From the human T2T-CHM13v2.0 reference genome, Homo sapiens: 64,000 bases of DNA. Positions within the stretch are counted from its first letter, which is position 1, and each line of letters begins with the position of its first letter. Positions 60,581-64,000 of the stretch are shown here, one piece after another. A program made the position numbers and the translations under genes. The DNA lies in the NCBI RefSeq assembly GCF_009914755.1, contig NC_060947.1; one strand, written 5' to 3'. The notes beneath the pieces were generated by a model. That model was not told where the DNA came from, did no database searches, and worked only from the letters and a program-made list of their open reading frames with translations.

Positions 60581-62078
60581 GTATAAAGCAAACAAACATT
60601 CTTTCTATACCTGTAGAGGATGCTACTACTCTAAAAGCTGGATTATTCCTGCAATTGTTTCTGCTTAATTCAGGCACTAAGTGACTTCCTCCAATTCATT
60701 AGTGTGAACATTCTTAAAGACCTAAGTGGCAGACATATTTCCTGAACCATTTACCCTTAGTCCTGAAGCTGATCAGGTTTGTCACACACAGACTGCTATA
60801 GTCACCCCTCCTGGCAGTTCAAGATTGAGCTTTATGGCAAGACAATTCATTTAAGATTGAGCATAACTTGTTATGACAGATTTATCAAAATTATCCAGTG
60901 AAGTAACATAGACTTCTGCTTTGTGAAGAAAACTGAAACCCTATACTGTGATGTCATATTTGTTCTCTTATAGATAAATATTTTGTTCTTTATAAATTGA
61001 AAGAGCATCTTGAGAAGAGAATCTCAAAAGGATTTTTTTCTTGTCATAAAAATGGTGGAATGAATTTTGATTTGTAATAGCAAAGAACTCTGGTGGGTTA
61101 AAATTTGAGGCTTTTGAATTGACTGTACTTCTGAGATGGTGTGCTTATGGTCACAAAAATACAAAAGTATTGCTCTACTAAAATGATGAAATGGACAGTT
61201 CAAGATGTTAACAATGGCAAAGTAAGGTGGAGAACTGGAACTTCATATCTGTAACTTCATCTTCTCAACTACTAGGCTTTTGAGCTTTGAGGGCAGGGCC
61301 ATATCTCTCTAAATCCCCAGTGCCTCACACACCACCACTTGATCTAGCATCTATTCTTAAGTGCTAATGGTGATAGAGGACTACAGTGCCTAAGATGAAG
61401 TGTAGGTGGCTGAAAATGACTCTTACTTTTAGAAAGGAGATGAAAGAATGATTGGGAGTAATTTTAAGTACACGCAGTAAATAGTTCAGTGATTGCAAAA
61501 GGAAAAATTTGTTTTCTAAAAGGTCATCTTAGACTCAAGCCTGTACTTTGAGCTTAGTTCTAAAAATAAAATTAGACATTGCTTTCTTGGTGAAATTAAA
61601 CACAACTGAGAGGTACTCAACTAACAGAAAATCTTTATAATAAAGCATTTGAATGCCTGAACAGAATGTTCAGCTTGGTTACCAGGTGATTGGCCTTGAG
61701 TTGTTTGGATTGGCCTTACTGGTTTTTAAAGTTCAGGAGTGAGTATAGGATCTGAAAAGTTGGAAGGCAGGCCTCTGAATAGTAACTACTTCCCTCTGTG
61801 ACTGCTGCTTATCTGAATAGGGATTGGGCAGGGATGTCGTCCAGAGAAATCAAACCCTGAATCATTGGTTGATGTTGATTACCTTTCTCAAGGTCCATTC
61901 TGACTTGGAAAATATATGGAGATTATAATAGAGTATTACCATATCAGAACTCTCAGAAGCTTTATATTGTGATTGTTCTTTCATTCTTCTGATCTTCAAC
62001 TAGAGTGTAACCTCCTTAAAGGAAGACAGCATGCTTACCTTGTTTACCACTGTATTCCCAGTGCCCAGTACTGAACAG

Positions 62079-62537
62079 TTTCACTTATGTCACTCGTGTC
62101 CATGTGAAGAGACCACCAAACAGGCTTTGTGTGAGCAACAAGGCTGTTTATTTCACCTGGGCGCAGGCGGGCTGAGTCCGAAAAGAGAGTCAGTGAAGGG
62201 AGGTAGGGGTGGGGCCGTTTTATAGGATTTGGGTAGGTAAAGGAAAACTACAGTCAAAGGGGGTTCTCTGGCGGGCAGGAGTGGGAGTCACAAGGTGCTC
62301 AGTGGGGGAACTTTTTGAGCCAGGATGAGCCAGGAGAAGGAATTTCACAAGGTAATGTCATCAGTTAAGGCAAGGACCAGCCATTTTCACTTCTTTTGTG
62401 GTGGAATGTCATCAGTTAAGGCAGGAACAGGCCATTTTCACTTCTTTTGTGATTCTTCAGTTACTTCGGGCCATCGGGGTGTATAGGTGCAGGTCACAGG
62501 GGATGCTATGGCTTAGCTTGGGTCCAGAGGCCTGACA
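62079..62537 (-). mobile_element. LTR7 (HERV-H) solo LTR inserted in L2
   Basis: GTGAAGAGACCACCAAACAGGCTTTGTGTGAGCAA...GGCTTAGCTTGGG...AGAGGCCTGACA; perfect 5-bp TSD AACAG; TATA box and AATAAA intact on the minus strand. Confidence 0.95.
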
Positions 62538-64000
62538 AACAGATGCATAGTAGATGCTTAAATATTTGTTCAGCTGAAGTGAAGGTTGTTTTTTGTGTCC
62601 TATTGTACCTGCCATTCTTGGAACGCAAGAAACTTAAGGAAGGTAAAGAGTTGACCCTTCATCTCTATTGTAATGGCCAACTTAATTCATTTTCTTTAAG
62701 AGAGAAGAAAATAGTCAAATAGTGCGAATACGTTTTTGAGTTGGTGGTGAGACTTTTGAATTATATGCAACTTAGTTGTCCAATTTCTGTGGTAGTAGAG
62801 TAATTGCACGATGTTTATAAAACATTGTATTACCATGTAACATTAGCTATAAGAGAGTTGAATCTTTACATCTTGCTCTTTTTGTTAATTTCTGCCTGAT
62901 TGAGAAAATTAAAACTTAATTTTCTTACAATAATGACTCTTGCATTGCAATCACAACTTCAGCATTAGAGTTTATAAGTAAGTCAGTCATTTCTCTTAGT
63001 CTTAAGGGGTTGAGACTCTGGAGTGATACTTTTATAGTTACACAATATTCATATAATACTGTGCTAAGTTATATTTAATATAGCTGATCATAAATGAAGT
63101 TTAATAAACTCTGATTGCTTGACTAATGCACAGTCTTATTGCTTTTCCAGAGTTGATTTTAATGAAAATATATGGTCACTATATTTATTGGTACAATATG
63201 CCCTCATTGTAATGAGCATGATCATTAGATTTGCATAATAAAAACTTACAAAAATGACTTTAATCAGTGCTTTTAATTCAGGGGTATGACTCTAATAAAG
63301 ATTTTTGGGGGGGTCATTTTTGTTTCTGACTTTTTTTAACTCCATAGTAGCTCTGTAGTTTGTACACAGGAATGAAATCCATGTTTACTTGCATGTGGTG
63401 TGAGACAGATGCACCCATCCACATAAATGAATTTTGAGAGCTTGTCCCAGAAGACCATCATTATAAATGAAAAAAATTTTTTTGGTGTTTCTGTTGTTAT
63501 TCTCAAGTCCTTTTATACCTTTCTTTTTTGACTAATATAGAAAGATAATTGTGTAGCAGAAATGATTTCGTTTTGTTTGCAGATCATTTAATTGTAACTT
63601 ATACAATGATTTCAATGCATGTTTAATGTACAGTGGCTAAAAATTACCCCTTCTGAAATTCAGCCCTTCATATCTGCTTAAAGATTTTCCTTTTCGATAG
63701 ACCATATTTGTTCTTTTTTCTGAACAGTTATAACGAAGAGCTTTAAATAGTATTATATTTATGAAAGCAGATTTTTACATGAGGGAAATCTGAGAAAATA
63801 TTCGTATTAAATGTATGTGGTTATACAGGATATCCACTCTAGTTGAATGAAATTTACAAATCAAGAAATCAGGAGTGGGGTGTTTTTCTTTATGTTTCTC
63901 TATCACACGTAATTAGGATAATTTTTTACATAAGTATAATTTCCTATGTGCCTTCGGGTACTCTATCATTCTTGTAGATGCCTGTCAGGAAAAAAGAAAA

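Overview
Primate (most likely human) genomic DNA. The only protein-coding signal is the CpG-island promoter and first coding exon (16379-16510, 44 codons, phase-0 TTG|GTGAGT donor) of a gene whose N-terminus MEQPGAAASGAGGGSEEPGGGRSNKRSAGNRAANEEETKNKPKL I recognise as the X-linked formin DIAPH2. About 16 kb of upstream DNA precedes it and about 47.5 kb of intron 1 follows; I did not find exon 2 in the window. The rest is interspersed repeats (about 29 Alu pieces, L1, L2, MIR, solo LTRs of THE1, MLT1A, MER4 and LTR7/HERV-H type, hAT and Tc1/mariner relics) plus a full-length Y1 RNA retropseudogene. Nearly all ORF-track entries are repeat-derived noise. The most unusual signal is a set of apparent DNA-repair scars. 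The clearest is a MADE1 mariner MITE whose TIRs enclose about 266 bp of rearranged DNA copied from about 1.8 kb downstream. Others are a 27-bp templated insertion with fold-back ends, a tail-less Alu patched with local snippets, and a 140-bp duplication with a palindromic junction. There is also a strong-Kozak GTG uORF in frame with DIAPH2. All alignments were done by eye, and repeat subfamily calls come from recall of consensus sequences, not from a search.
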